From Catajapyx aquilonaris (Eukaryota), in assembly GCA_000934665.2 (NCBI GenBank), contig JYFJ02002702.1:1-52470 (forward strand): a DNA stretch of 52,470 bases. Direction: 5' to 3'. How positions within the stretch are numbered: position 1 is the stretch's first letter; every line of letters starts with the position of its first letter. The notes beneath the pieces were generated by a model. The model saw nothing but the letters and a program-made list of their open reading frames with translations. It did not search any database and was not told where the DNA came from. Below, piece after piece: positions 1-12,879 of this stretch. A program made the translations under genes and the position numbers.

Positions 1-344
1 TCTGTCCATGCAGTCAAATAAATGCTCAACGTTCACTGGGACTGGTGAAAAATTGTTATCTGTTAGGTGGGCCTTATTTGGTGCAGGTACCTTACATATG
101 AGCGGTTGAAAGTTGCGCATTTATCACTAAAGTCATCTCTACTGTTTACAATCATATCTTTCACATACTTTAGACAAGACTGCGTGTAAATGGAAAATTG
201 TATTCATAAAGGCGTATCATTTATTTTCATTTCCATGTCGTGTTAATAATAGAAAAAATATGCACTTTTCTTACCACAAGCTACGAGTGACCTACAAAGG
301 TTAAGAAATCGAGAAGCGAAGAAAACCCACTATATGCTGCCACA

Positions 345-423
<79 letters not shown>
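345..423. repeat. (ATT)n microsatellite, ~26 units
   Basis: Perfect tattat... tract; lies in a putative minus-strand intron. Confidence 0.97.
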
Positions 424-437
424 GTCAAATAACTCAC

Positions 438-765
438 CCACGCTTCCTCTGGATGCGGAGAGTACGCTGTGAAACCATCCGTCGAACGATGGGTATCTAC
501 CCTTGTAAGGCATCGTGTGGGTGTTGTTGCACCAACTGGCATCAGGATCGCATCCGTCGATCAGCCAGGCGAGGAAGGACTTCTTGTCTTCCGGAAGTGG
601 GCCTTTGGCCCATTTTTGCCACGTCGGTTTTGGTTCGGTCGTCACGCATTGTTGCCCTTTGACCTCCTGCCAAGCGTTACGGTTTCCGCAGAGTAAATGT
701 TTTCTCTCTTGTGTCACTACCAGCAACGCCAAAGAGGCCAGCAGAATCAGCCTCCTCACCTCCAT
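438..765 (-). CDS. Putative first coding exon of an unidentified secreted or membrane protein, divergent from FHIP2
   Basis: ATG at 765 starts MEVRRLILLASLALLVVTQE (signal-peptide-like), followed by a Cys/Trp-rich segment. There is a GTGAGT donor at 437 and an alternative GTGGGT at 441. A downstream acceptor with a pyrimidine tract and cttaac branch sits at 292-293, followed by a 17-nt micro-exon (275-291) ending in GTAAGA. No recognisable homology. Confidence 0.4.
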
Positions 766-973
766 TGCCCCCAGGCCGGCTGCTGGATCCCCCCAAAAGA
801 CAACTCTTTCTCTTTCTGAATAACCACAATTCTCGGAACAGTTCTTCGCACAACCAAACTCCGTTGCTATTGACAGGCCAACAATTACTTCTGCCGTAAC
901 CATCATTTACAGTAGTTTATGCTATCGACGGAAATGTGTCATCAGCATCTTCAATAAAGAGTAGTAACGATGG

Positions 974-1008
974 TATCGATCGCGGCCGACGTATTCCAAG
1001 ATGGCGGC
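974..1008. promoter_or_regulatory. Bidirectional housekeeping-type promoter with YY1/PHO and DRE-like motifs
   Basis: CAAGATGGCGGC (YY1 consensus) at 997-1008 and TATCGATC (7/8 match to DRE) at 974-981, between the divergent ATGs at 765(-) and 1078(+). Confidence 0.55.
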
Positions 1009-1077
1009 CGAACATGGAGCGTCATCTCTGTTGATGATCTGCAGCTTCTTCCCTTCTGTTCTCCTGCAGATGACGAG

Positions 1078-4000
1078 ATGCTGAGCCGGTTCTCCACCGT
1101 GCTGCAGAATGCTGTGGACGCCGTGAGTACATCCACTTGCGTCTCATTGCACTGCGCACTTTATAATAACCGGGCTAAACTGTTTCGTGGCGCAGGAAAT
1201 ACTTTTTGTTCTATATGCTGCCAATGGAAGCTTACACAGCACAGAGGAAACTGTACGGCAAATTGTACGTGGTCTAGACTCATGCTCACTTGTTGCTAAC
1301 AACCATACTTCGACATGGAGGAAGTACAGTTACCTCGCTGCTTCTGGAAGGACCCGGTTGCATTTGGGGGTGCCAACTCGTGTTTCAGGTTCCGTTGCTT
1401 TTGTTTACCTTAGTTGGCGCCACCGGTCCCGCTTCGGGAGGACTTCATCTACCATTGGAAGATGATCATGAAGTTCTTTGTTAGCAAGACCACTGACTCC
1501 AAGGCGCCCATTGAGTCCACTAATATACCTGCTCATCTTGACCAGATTCTTGAGGTTAGTATAGTTGGCAGAGGAAAGGGTGGTTGTTAAGGCTCATAGC
1601 GCGTCATACTGTTATTGTTTTAGATCCTAATGCAAGAGGAACTGCAGCAAGAGGAAGGCAGTACTGGTCCATGCATGGAGTACTTCCTTCAACATAAGCT
1701 CCTGGAAACGCTCCATACGCTCGCAAGGGCCGACTGTCCTCCAGGGATGAAGCCCTACACGCTCACCTTCTTCACTCGTCTGCTCTCTAGAATCAAGCAA
1801 CCACTACTGCCTCATGTTAATGTCTATGGTCCAATGCAGGTGATGAAACAGTGCTGATGAATTTAGTTAGGCTTGAAACTAGTAGTTCAACATGAAGTTC
1901 ATATGTTGACAAAATTTCAAATTAGTAAATGAAACAGGTCATCAGCTGATATTGTGATAACCCACCATAAGTCAAATGCAACTGTTGACTCGTGTGATAT
2001 TATCTTAAGATTTTCACTTTACACTTCCTTGGGTTTGAAAGTAGACATAGCATGTACTTTCAAATGTTTTTATTACTCCGACAGTAATGTTGATTACTGG
2101 TGTTCAATTTTTGCAGAGAATGCTTCGCATGTGTGGTGAAGTGAAAGCGTCACCAGTTGAACTGGACGAGGTCCAGCTGGCCTGCATTGTGTGTGCCAAA
2201 CTAAAGGCCGATCCATATCTGGTCAATTTTTTTCTGGAGGTCAGCATTAACATAAGTGCCATAAGAGAATAATTAGTTTGAATATGCCATTTAACGGATT
2301 AATTTTTTGCTTAGCTTTCAGGTCGTAAGGACAGTCAGAGTTATGAGTGTACTGATGTGAAAGGGTCAGAGTCAACCAAAACAGGTCACTTTTCCCTTAT
2401 GGACTCTCTTCTTTGCTTGATGCAGAGTGCGGTAAGCAGGCATATATTAAGTAAGCGAAACTGTTAAATTAATTTCTAACCACTCCCGCAGGACACACGT
2501 GTATCTATGAAAGCCAGTGAAGGCCTACTCCTGCTAGTGTCACTGCCTGAAGATGCTGCAGCACTGGAGTCAGTGCAACACACCTCTCTCTGCCATGACA
2601 TTTCTTCCGAGCTGGTGCATCTTTTTGCCGCGCTACCTCAGAACCTGGACCCCAATGACCTTGAAGATGTGCTGGCTACCTGGGGAATGGGAGCGGATGA
2701 GGGTGTGTCAGGAACAAGCGATGGGTTTGCGGGCAGGAGAAAAGTGGTGGGATTTTTGTCCTGGCTTGACTATTGTGATCAGCTGTGCAGGGAGGCCCAT
2801 CCCATTGTTGGGGATGCACTGGCTGCTTCCATTAGAGAGGGGCTATTCCAGGGAGAGTTGGAAGACAGACTGAGGGACTCCAGGACTGATGCAGTGGTAC
2901 TGGCAACAGCTTGTATCACAAAGTGCTTGAAGCATGTACAAGCACCAAGACTAGTCTCCGGTGAGTATATATTTTCCCCTAGGTTCAGCCGTCACTAGTT
3001 ACAAACTAGTGAAGGTGTTGCCAAAATTTGACAAAACCTATAATATGTATAATTAGTATGACAATGACAGGTAAACAACTTTAATGAGCTGGTCTGCTGA
3101 TTTACAACATAGTACTATTCTTCACGCATAGATTGTCATCATATTTCTAACACTTGTAGAGTTGATACAGTGGCTGCTGGGAGATAACCGTTCACATGAG
3201 CAGCAAGGATTGTTGGTCCATCCTGTGAAGCACCTCCTTCTGGACAACTGTCTGCATCCTCACCAGGAAGTGTCCCTGGAGTCTCTTCGTCTGTTTGAGG
3301 TGATCTTGGAGAAAGGGACTGAGCATGCCTTCCATACCCTGGTGTTAGCCAATTTATGCGGTAGAGCCTATTATGACGGACAAGCGGCCGAGTCACATGT
3401 TTGCAGCTGGAGTGATGAGGAGGATGAGAGGGAGAAAAACAGGAATAACCTGGCTGTGGACGTGTCTCCAGGCTCATCTCCCGTCAGCCGAACCCTGGCG
3501 CCTACCAACATACACAAGATTATCAATTGGTGAGGTGCTTCAGAGATATTCACGGTTTTCTTGAAGATCCCATCCTTGTTATTCACACCCCACCATTACC
3601 TGAATTTATTATTATCCAGCTTCCTTCTTGTGATTCCTGAGGAACTGAAGTCTACAGATCCATCAGAAGGTGGAGGCTATGACAACTACCTTCAGGATGC
3701 TCACTGCCAGTTTCGAGCTGCAAGTTCGGCCTGTGGTCCATTTGGATGGCCAAGGGAGGCTGTTGGACCATTTGAAAGAGATGACACCTCCAGTTCGGAT
3801 TCCAGGCCAGAGGTGGATGCGAGTGGATTGGGGGCAGGGGGAGGTGCGGGAGAGCCGACCTTTTATGAGGGAGCATTTTTCAAGATGCTCTTCGACAAGC
3901 TTGAACGGATGCTAGAGCAGGTATGGTGTACCTTGCGTCATTACCTTTTCATCTGGAACTCGCTGAATTTACTTTCTGATCTTTATTTGGTGTTAGCCTT

Positions 4001-4746
4001 ACGAGATAAACTTGGAGTTGACTTCATTGGTGTCACGCCTGGCAGTTTTGCCCCACCCTTACCTGCATGAGTTCCTTTTAAACCCTCTCATCCCTGTCGT
4101 TCCATCATGTCGCACCTTGTTTTCCATTCTGGAGGGACTTGCTTCCCACCTGCAGAGTCAACTTGGAAGTGTTCCAGGGTTCAAGAGGAAACTGCAGCTC
4201 ACAAGGAAGCAGCTCTTAGGGTCGGCTGATGCAGACTCCCGCACTAGGTAAGGCCACATACGTATGATGGAAGAGTACACATGTCTCAATTATCTACAGG
4301 TTTCCAAATCAACCGTCTACAATGATACAAAAACCACTGGAGAAGATGTATTATCTGAGGGTGTCGTAAAACACTAGTGAGCAAAGAAATATCGCGGGCA
4401 ATACAAGCAAAGAATTAAAATACTTTGGTGTGCTGCTATAGCATGAATTGTGGAATCACGTCAAACATCACGAGTCAAACAGACTGTAGGAGGAAATGAG
4501 AAATAATGGATCTAATTGTGACACTAATGGATTACAGGAATGGTTTTTTATTGAATGAATATAACATGAGATGAATCTAAATTAGTTTGGGGTGTGTGTT
4601 GGGTATGTGATTGCATTTCTATAATGTTTTTGTTTCTGATTTTCAGAGAGGACGGAGACATACTGTTTGAAGGACTTATAGTTCTGGAAGAATTTTGCAA
4701 GGAACTGGCTGCCATTGCTTTTGTCAAGTTTCATCACTCTCAATGA
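1078..4746 (+). CDS. FHIP2A: FHF complex subunit HOOK-interacting protein 2 (FAM160B family), ~710 aa, 10 exons
   Basis: Exons 1078-1122, 1414-1554, 1624-1839, 2117-2239, 2315-2431, 2492-2960, 3160-3529, 3620-3920, 3997-4247, 4647-4746 (all GT-AG, 2133 nt, in frame). [18 protein letters not shown]...[51 protein letters not shown] and the C-terminal [17 protein letters not shown] match FAM160B1/B2. Confidence 0.95.
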
Positions 4747-6168
4747 GGAAATGGAAACTTAAAATGTGTACTTAGGTCAGGTTACAATATTTGTTAACGG
4801 TTTTTAAACGTCTTCTAAGTCAAAGATGATTTTATTAGTCTTTGTTTTACTGTAATTTGTTTCTCATTCTTCCAAATGGGTAAGTACAAAGTTAGGTCGG
4901 CTGTGGAAGCATTTTAGTCAGAAATCGAATGTGTTAAAGTAGGTTCTTTGGTTCCTGTTAAGAAAACTTATGGGTCATATCAGAAGAGTGAATTTTGTTA
5001 TATGAATATTATTTTTTTCCAATATTGTATTATACAGTTATAATTATTTTGAAAAATTTTATGTCCATTGCATCAACTTATTGTTAATGGTAGTTACTTA
5101 TTTTGTGCACAAGTGTAGAGGAAGTGTTTTACTTGACCAGTTTGTTCAGTACCGACTTCATTATCTTGTTCTGGATATTGGATGTTTTCATGAAGGGTGA
5201 TTCAATTACCACTAATTATTATATCATGTGTTGTAGCTGTTGGTAAAATTTCAATGACAGTTGGAAGGCACCATGGTTCATTTCAATAACCCATGAATAA
5301 TTTTTGTTATTATCGCGAAAAAAATGGAAGTCCTTGTGTGATCATACAATATTACATAATGGCATTGTGGTTGTTCTATACCCGTGTTGATCATTCTGAA
5401 ATAATGAAACTTAATTTGACTGCTTTTTAACTTCTGATCTTGTCACCATTTTGCAGCTTGACTGACAGCTACTCTTTGATGTATTATTAATTTGGTCTCC
5501 CTCATTGAAATTCACAGTATGTTGGCATGTGCTGGTTTTTTAAAAGGTTACAGTCTACATATTGAGCTATATTTTATTTGAGATGTTGGTTTTTATATGG
5601 TGATTGTAGCAAGTGATGTGCAATTATGTTATAACAAAAGTGAATGAAGTGTTGCAGATACATATACAACCATTTTGCTTTACTGTAACACATGAATGAA
5701 GGTATGCTCTGCGTTCCCACGTGTGAGAATTTCAGTTTCAACACACATGCTATGGAACATAGGTATGAAGAATTTATGATCCAATATTTATCCTGTGTTA
5801 ATGGCTGTTTTTGAGTTCACAGTTAGCCAGGTTTTCATGAACAACAAGCAACATAAAAACCGCATCTTCCTGTACATTCAACTGCCTTTGCGACTCAGAG
5901 AAAGCACCTAAACTTTTATGATTGTGTTGGCCACCACAAGTGATTCAAGTCCACCAGGAGAGCTAAATACCGTAAGTACTATAGTAACTAAAAGATTTCA
6001 AATTACAATTTGAAAACATGCGCAGAAACTACAGAAGTATGTTTTATTAATATAAAATGTACTTGACTAGAATTTTGACAAAATCCAGGCAAGTAGTTCA
6101 CATATGTTTGTGAACAGGAAAACGGTAGTTTTCACAATATTTCTACCACACGTCAATAGCAGCATGTG

Positions 6169-6510
6169 TAGGGGGAGACGGAGTGGCGCCGCGGTAACGT
6201 GTGCGCCCACGGATGTTAAGGTCCCGGGATCTAATCCCACCCGGGGACACCCCCTTCATCCGTGCAGAGTGTGGGTCGTCTCTGGCTTCGTTTCTGGGTG
6301 GAATATCCAATAGACACATCCACCCGGGGGAGTTCACAAAATGACCTAGTACAGCATATGCACTGCACTTTGCACATCCCCTCCTGTCATCCCGCCCGTG
6401 GGCCCGGGCGTTTCGTAAAAAGGTTCCAAACTGTAAACAACTTGGTAAATAAAGGCTGTGCTGATGCCCGAAAGGGTGAGCACTAACCCACAATTATTAT
6501 TATTATTATT
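6169..6510 (+). mobile_element. tRNA-derived SINE with (ATT)n tail and 13-bp target-site duplication
   Basis: TSD ATAGCAGCATGTG at 6156-6168 and 6511-6523. A-box-like TGGCGCCGCGG (~6184) and B-box-like GGATCTAATCC (~6227). 3' stem-loop at 6458-6483, then an (ATT)n tail. GC-rich insert in AT-rich intergenic DNA. Confidence 0.9.
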
Positions 6511-7059
6511 ATAGCAGCATGTGCACTGTTGGGCTAAAGTTCAAGGAAGTTGTAGGCCGAGTAATTACACCACAGTGAAATATTTGTCACACCCGGTGGG
6601 AAGTCGTTAGTTATCACTCACCAAACAGCATAAAAATATGTTAAGTCCTAACCTGCCATAACATACGTATATGTTATTAATTTATTGTAAGTGCAAAAAC
6701 GTGATAAATTCATATGAACCCACTGTACTGCAATTGATCCTTTCCTGTTTTCATGTCTCATAATATTCAGTACTCCCACAAGATCCCTTTGCGACACAAA
6801 AGTTGCTGAAAATGGAATTACGTAGCAAGCTGTGAGTAAGATATGTTAGTTCATCAGTCAATTATTGTAGTCATTTACTTTGATGCGAGGGAGCCAGTCA
6901 TTGTTTAAAATGTTCTGCGTCTTTGTAACCAAAATATAAGTAGCACCTCTAAGACCTTCCTTCACGTGTCTGTTGATACATTCATTGGGAAAAAGTCACT
7001 AATTTGTGGACATAGGCTGCATCGCATTGATTGATACTTCTCCTTTCCAGTGATACACA

Positions 7060-9549
7060 TCAGTTCCAACTTGTAGGCCCCAAAGGTTTTAAAATCTTGC
7101 TCTGTGGGTTGATTCCTGACCTCAAGGTTACTCCCTGCAACATATGTGCAGCTCCCTGAAGCACCTTTTGGATTTTTGGCCGGAGCATTGGCTGGCCTTG
7201 ATGCTGCCCATTCTTGGTAGTCCTTCTCACAACTACTGTAACCTGACTCTTTGTGGAAGGTGAGTTTAATTCCTTCATCTCGTTTTGGTGTTCAGAGACT
7301 AATCTTGCTCGCTTGGCCATGTGTAAGGCAAACCTCTGAACAAAATGAGAAAAATATTACAGTGTTACGTAATTTTGGTGAATCGTAAGTGCTTGCTATT
7401 ATTATGGCCTATTGTGAGGTATCTTAGACATATTTTCGGGAAGTATTAAAATGCCATACCTCCTTTGATTTCTGGACAATTTGTAGCATACTTTTAATAT
7501 CTTCCTTTGAGCGTGACTTCTTCATTTTATTAAGGTGCTTCAGCAGTGTCTTGTAATGTGTAGCATCCACTCTGCTTCTGAGTGACTCAAAATAGTGGAA
7601 CCTCTGAAAGATAAATGCAATGTGTCAGGCCCATAGTCAGATGGAGAAGCTGAGAGTGGCAAATGGAAATTAAGCTTAGGTAAAAAATTGTACCATAAAT
7701 GAGTTTTTGAAGTTGGTATCATTAAGTTTCATTGCTTCAAGCCATGTTGTAGTTGCTTGTGTTAGATCTCTTTTGAAGAGCCAGTAGTAGCAGCCCTTGA
7801 ACATCAGCATGGCAATTGCATTCTGAGAGTGATTTTGTGATCCGTATTTATGCATAATCTGATCCAGGCCAGGATGTGGGTCAAAATTCCTCCATGCTGC
7901 CAATTCCATATCCAGAACACTCATCTCAGCAGGAAAGTTACCATGACTGCCGCTGCATTCCACTGCTTTGAAAAACAGGCCTCTCGCCTTCTCATAATCC
8001 CATACTTTCTCATGCCAAGGCCTAGGGTCTGTAGGTCTTGGTTCATTATACTTGGAGAAGAAGATACCTGCCTTGTAGTTGACTATTGCGTCATTTGGAG
8101 ACAACTTGATAGCTGTCTCAAAGCATTTCTTGGCCCTATTGACATTACAGTATGGGTAAGGAAGCTTCATGAAGGATTCACCACATTTCGTGTTGACCTC
8201 AGGGCAGTTTGGTGACAGCCTTAGTGCCTGCTGTGTTAGTTGTGCTCCCCTTTCAATCAAGACTTGGCTTTCTCGTGTATAATGATAATCAGAAGTTACA
8301 AAAATGTAGCGGGCCTTGTCACGTAAGGCCTGGGAGAGTGCCAACAAGTGGGTGGCATTTGCATTGCTGAAAGAGGGCATCCCATAATATATTGTTATGA
8401 AATTTTTCCAGGGATTAATTTTTTTTTACATTTTTCTGTACGTGGCAGAAAATTGTATTACTGTCCTAATTTTACTGTTCTCTGCTACAATGCACCATAG
8501 TGTCATGAAATAAACTTTGACACAGTACAACCTTGTCAAAAATACATGATAATAATGGGCCACCCTCTATAAAGTAATCACAAGTTCTACAGATGTGCCG
8601 GGAATTGTACACAATTTGCCACAAGCATTAATGGTACTTACCACTCAGCCAGTTGCACAGCCTTTTCCAGAGCCTCTATTTCCTCATCACTAGGATCACT
8701 GTGCTTTTCTTTGGAATACCTGATTTGTGCCAGTGATATTCCCACCATGTAATTCCACTCTGGAAATTTAGGGTCTATTGATGCTGCCTTTTGGAAAATC
8801 CGAAGGGGGCTGCTTCGCGCAAACTCCACCAGGCAAGCCGTTTTCAGGGTCAAAATCAATGCCTTTGATTCTGCTGACAAGTCCTCATACTGGTCCATTC
8901 TGCACAGTATTCTTGAAACTTGCTCATATTTCTGGCACCGAAATAGCAGGAATGATCTTAAACTATCCAACACATAAGTCATCCCACATTTTGTGCCTTC
9001 ACATAGATGACGCCATGATAAAGGACAATACCACAGGGCATCAGGGCCATCTCCATTAGCTATGTGTTTTGCTGCATCAATGTAAACGCCTGCTTTGCTA
9101 TAATTTGCATTGCCAATACTAGCATACAGGTAGGCCAGCAGAGAATTACGAAAGAAATCCTGCCATGATCTCTGTTTAAGTGTGTCCTTCAACATGTAGC
9201 AGTCATTTTCCAGATTTTCTATGACGGGAGCGATTTGTTCCTCATATCGCTTGCATGATGGTAAACGCCAGTTAAAATGGCAGTGCAATTTCTGGAGGTT
9301 CTTGTGCAGAGCTTTGGGGTTGATCTTACATGAAATGTTGGAATGCAGTTTGAGGTGCACCTGATTGTGCTTCATATTCCGTTTCCTTTGCTCCACTTTT
9401 TTCTCTTGCATTTGGACACCCTCATGTTCAGAGTAACAGCTGTGGAGCACTGTGAATGCAGGTCGCCACTTCCTTTTCTTCTTTGGCTTATTTCTTTCAT
9501 GAAGCCTCACACTGTCACCTGATGATCCTGTTTTGCAAAATGCTGCCAT
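7060..9549 (-). CDS. IFIT-like tetratricopeptide-repeat protein, copy A (apparently intact, ~666 aa)
   Basis: Exons 9549-8642, 8366-7694, 7603-7460, 7335-7060 (2001 nt, in frame, GT-AG). NLQKLHCHFNWRL resembles IFIT LEQLRCHFTWEL; NSLLAYL resembles HNLLAYV; CPEVNTKCGESFMK...RAKKCFETAIKLSPND resembles IFIT CPEIDCEEGWALLK...RAKACFEKVLEVDPEN. An acceptor just upstream of the ATG (~9556) implies a 5'UTR intron. Confidence 0.8.
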
Positions 9550-11024
9550 TATGCCTAGAAAATATCACATAATAATAATATAATTAACTTGTATGTCACA
9601 GCAATACAGTCACTGGAGAATTTCCAACACTTGAATGAGTCAGTCAGAGTTTATGGCTCACTTATGAACCATTTCCAGTCATAAACTGTGTATCATGAGA
9701 GTTGGATGAGAGGGGAAGCCTTGCAGACTTACATTGAGCCAACTGTATGCCATTGTAGATTTGTAGGGCATAGATTTCTGTACGTCTTATGTACAAAAAT
9801 TTCACAGATTGGAAACTCGTAGAATTCTTCTGAGAATGTGGAAAATGGGAAGAACAGACTAGAGCACTGTCCCGACTTCCCAAATCAGTCAGTGCCATTT
9901 AAGAGGGGTGTACGTATGGTTATCCAAATCACTTGATTCATGTGATAAATTTTGACCTTCCCACCCATTCTCTTTAGTGTGTATGAGTTAACAATTACAC
10001 ACTTCACTTCGAATTGCCAGTTTATTTTGTCCCTCTTCACAAGGCATTTGTAGACATTCCCGAGGCATTAAAATGTTAAAATGTAAGTGTTCATGGGTTG
10101 GATAAAATTACAAATATTGATATACCCTTTTCCATTGGGACTTCAGCTGGTTTTAATTTTTTTTTAAACAGCCTTTTGAGGTGCAATAACCCACACAACT
10201 GCTTGTAAGTTATGAATGATGGTAGTGATGGACTTGAACCATAGATTCATTTCAAATAGGTGGTGCATGTACTCAGGGTATATTCTGTGACTCTTCCATT
10301 TTCAGGTTCTCCGATATGGCAAAAATGCAATGATAATAGCATAATATATATCAGGGTCACGATAAAAGTAATGCTCATACATAGTGGTCACAGAGGTGAA
10401 CCACCAACTCCTATGTTAAAAAAATTTTAAAAAAACTCCCGAGTTCTTTTTTTGAGGCTATACCTTGTCTTCACAAAAAATTATCTCCACTTTTTTCGGG
10501 CTGGCACAATTTCCTTATGGCTGTACCCATCAGTGTGATGGTTTTTAAACACATAAAGTAGACGTTAGGATGCCTGTAGGATGTACTGTCCTAAAAGTTA
10601 CTACTAGCCCAGAAAAAACAGCTACGTGACCAACTGGCACACAGTGCATCAGTTGGAGTGGCCAAAAATTACAGTTTAGTGCTGCACATATGCAGAAAGT
10701 ACCTATAAATAGTAGTTGCGCAGCTGTGCTGATAACTGAAGCACAGATAATCTATATGGCATGAAACAACAACCTGCTGCTAAATATTTGTAAACTTTGC
10801 ATCCTATGTGTGCCTCTTCTGACTCAGGTGAACTTGATAACATTACTAACAAGTAATGCAGGGTATCACCTGATGAATACCCCTATTTTTAGAGTAATAT
10901 GCCAAACGGATTATAATTTGTATTGTACAATACTTTTTACAGTGACCTTGACAAGAACATTCCTTCAAATTGTGTTTTGCAATAGACCTCTTCATTTAGA
11001 TTAAATGTTAATATTTGTAAAATT

Positions 11025-11268
11025 GGGCCGACAAGGTGGCCGAGTGGTTAGCGCCACAGCCTTCCACCTCTGAGGTCCCAAGTTGTGTGGATAGAGTTTC
11101 GATGGGTTCTCTCCCTGTTCTCGTGGGTTTTCTCAGGGTCCTCCCATTTCTTCCCACTATCAAAATCCATCACAGCAAAGGCAATGATTAAAGTCGGGTA
11201 TTTAAAAGATGATCCCTAAGAGGCCCAAGGAGGTCTATACGGGGTATCCATTATTATATTATTATTAT
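11025..11268 (+). mobile_element. Degenerate tRNA-derived SINE with V/Meta-type conserved core and (ATT)n tail
   Basis: A-box GGTGGCCGAGTGGTTAGCG. Core GTGGGTTTTCTCAGGGTCCTCCCATTTCTTCCCAC resembles the V-/Meta-SINE central domain. The tail is attatt-rich, the B-box region appears deleted, and no clear TSD is seen. Confidence 0.75.
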
Positions 11269-11623
11269 ACAGTATTTATAAAAAAATGACTGACTCAGAA
11301 TACTGGGTCTCATACACCCCATTGGCATAAAAATAAAAATAATTACATTCCAATAATTATATTGCTTCCTGCACTTGTCATTTGAAAAAAAGCATTTTTA
11401 ACCATACATTTCAGTTGATTATCTCCTTTGCAATTCCATACTTCACTTGCTGATTCACAGTATGCCAATATTTTGCACCAAAAATACTTTGTGTTGTGTG
11501 TGTGCGTCGTTGGTGTGCATGCACTGAATAAACCTAATAATACCATCACTAACTCATATGTGAATAATAATGTTCTGTCATCAGAAGGCAACTGTTATTC
11601 TATGATATGTTACTTAAATTATT

Positions 11624-11671
<48 letters not shown>

Positions 11672-11730
11672 AATAATAATAATAATACAGTTATTAGCTC
11701 TTGGTGGTTGTAGTAGTCACAGTAGTAGTA

Positions 11731-11792
<62 letters not shown>
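11624..11792. repeat. Compound microsatellite (AAC)n(AAT)n followed by (TAG/TGG)n
   Basis: Direct reading of 11624-11686 and ~11712-11792. Confidence 0.95.
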
Positions 11793-11998
11793 AGGTAGTA
11801 ACTTTAGTCAGTGAAAAAGTAATAATAGCAGACTTACTTGTACACGGGAACAGGAGTGAGTGTTTTGGTGGGTCTGGAGCACGGTCTGGAGCTCATGACA
11901 CAACACATCAGGTAAAATAAAAAGGTGTGGCTGGGGGGTGGTGGGCTTCCCAGGGGGATACTCTGGGCCAGTGGCCTTGAGTAGGATGGCTGTCGTGG

Positions 11999-12009
11999 GG
12001 GGAATCCCC
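11999..12009. promoter_or_regulatory. NF-kB/Rel-type site GGGGAATCCCC upstream of IFIT-like copy A (also upstream of KCTD9-like)
   Basis: Exact motif; ~160 bp upstream of a minus-strand GTAAGT donor at 11837 (putative non-coding first exon). Confidence 0.6.
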
Positions 12010-12879
12010 TCAGATTTTGGTATAGCAGTATCAAGCTGTCCCTCTGCAACTACAGCAGATTGGTTGACCCCCACATGTATTATAGCCATTTTCCAGCCTA
12101 TTTTAGTTAATTTTTATCTTGATGTTTTACTTGACTATAGTTAGTGAAAAAAGACCATGATTCATGTTACCGCCATATTGACAAAGTATTCCTGTATATT
12201 AACATCTATCCAAACCAAGGTTTTAGTAGGGTTTTCGCAATATGTGTTATGAGATGCATAATTGCCGTGGGTATTAACCTAGCCAGCAGCACGGATTAGA
12301 TTTTGATTTTGGCTATGGATCAACATACTACCTATGTCAGAATTTTTAGTGACTTGAAGTGAGATTCAAACTAATAATTAAGTTCTATTCCATTGCAAAT
12401 GTAACACATGGCTCAGGCTGAAAAACATTTATCTGGAACTGCATGAGTCATCCAAGGGCTGCGGCTGGAGTCACTATGCACCGGATGAAAGTGCAATGAA
12501 ATATTGCACAAAAATAAGTCCAAAGTGTGTCATCATTATTTGAGTATTTCCCAGGGCCAGCAGCAGTGCGTTCCCATGGTCCGTTCAATAACCCCTGAGC
12601 ACTGACCCCCTATCTTATCTTAATGGTTTTATATTACCTTTGTGATTAAGTCTTCTTCAGCTGCTGGTGATGGTCGAATTTCTTCTTTTTCCCAGTTAAG
12701 CCATTTTCCCACGAACAAAATGCAACTGTCACACAATCCTGTGGTGATAAGTATATTCTGGACCAATACCAACCGTCCACGTATTACTTGCTCATGCATA
12801 CTTGACCTGAAGGGTTGTCCAGTTTGTGCTCTGGAGCTGCAGCAGACGGTTCAAACATCTGCACGTTTGAAGACCAGCC

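Noticed and set aside
301..437. Poly-Asn / poly-Ile ORF tails
   Set aside because: Translations of the (ATT)n microsatellite lying after a splice donor; intronic.
6178..6245. tRNA gene
   Set aside because: Degenerate B box, no clean cloverleaf, and embedded in a TSD-flanked element; it is the SINE head.
6458..6483. Hammerhead ribozyme (CTGATG...GAAA)
   Set aside because: Lacks the CUGANGA core, and GAAA is the hairpin loop rather than the post-stem-II core; better explained as a SINE 3' stem-loop.
11607..11798. ORF with poly-T/I/V runs
   Set aside because: Microsatellite translation.
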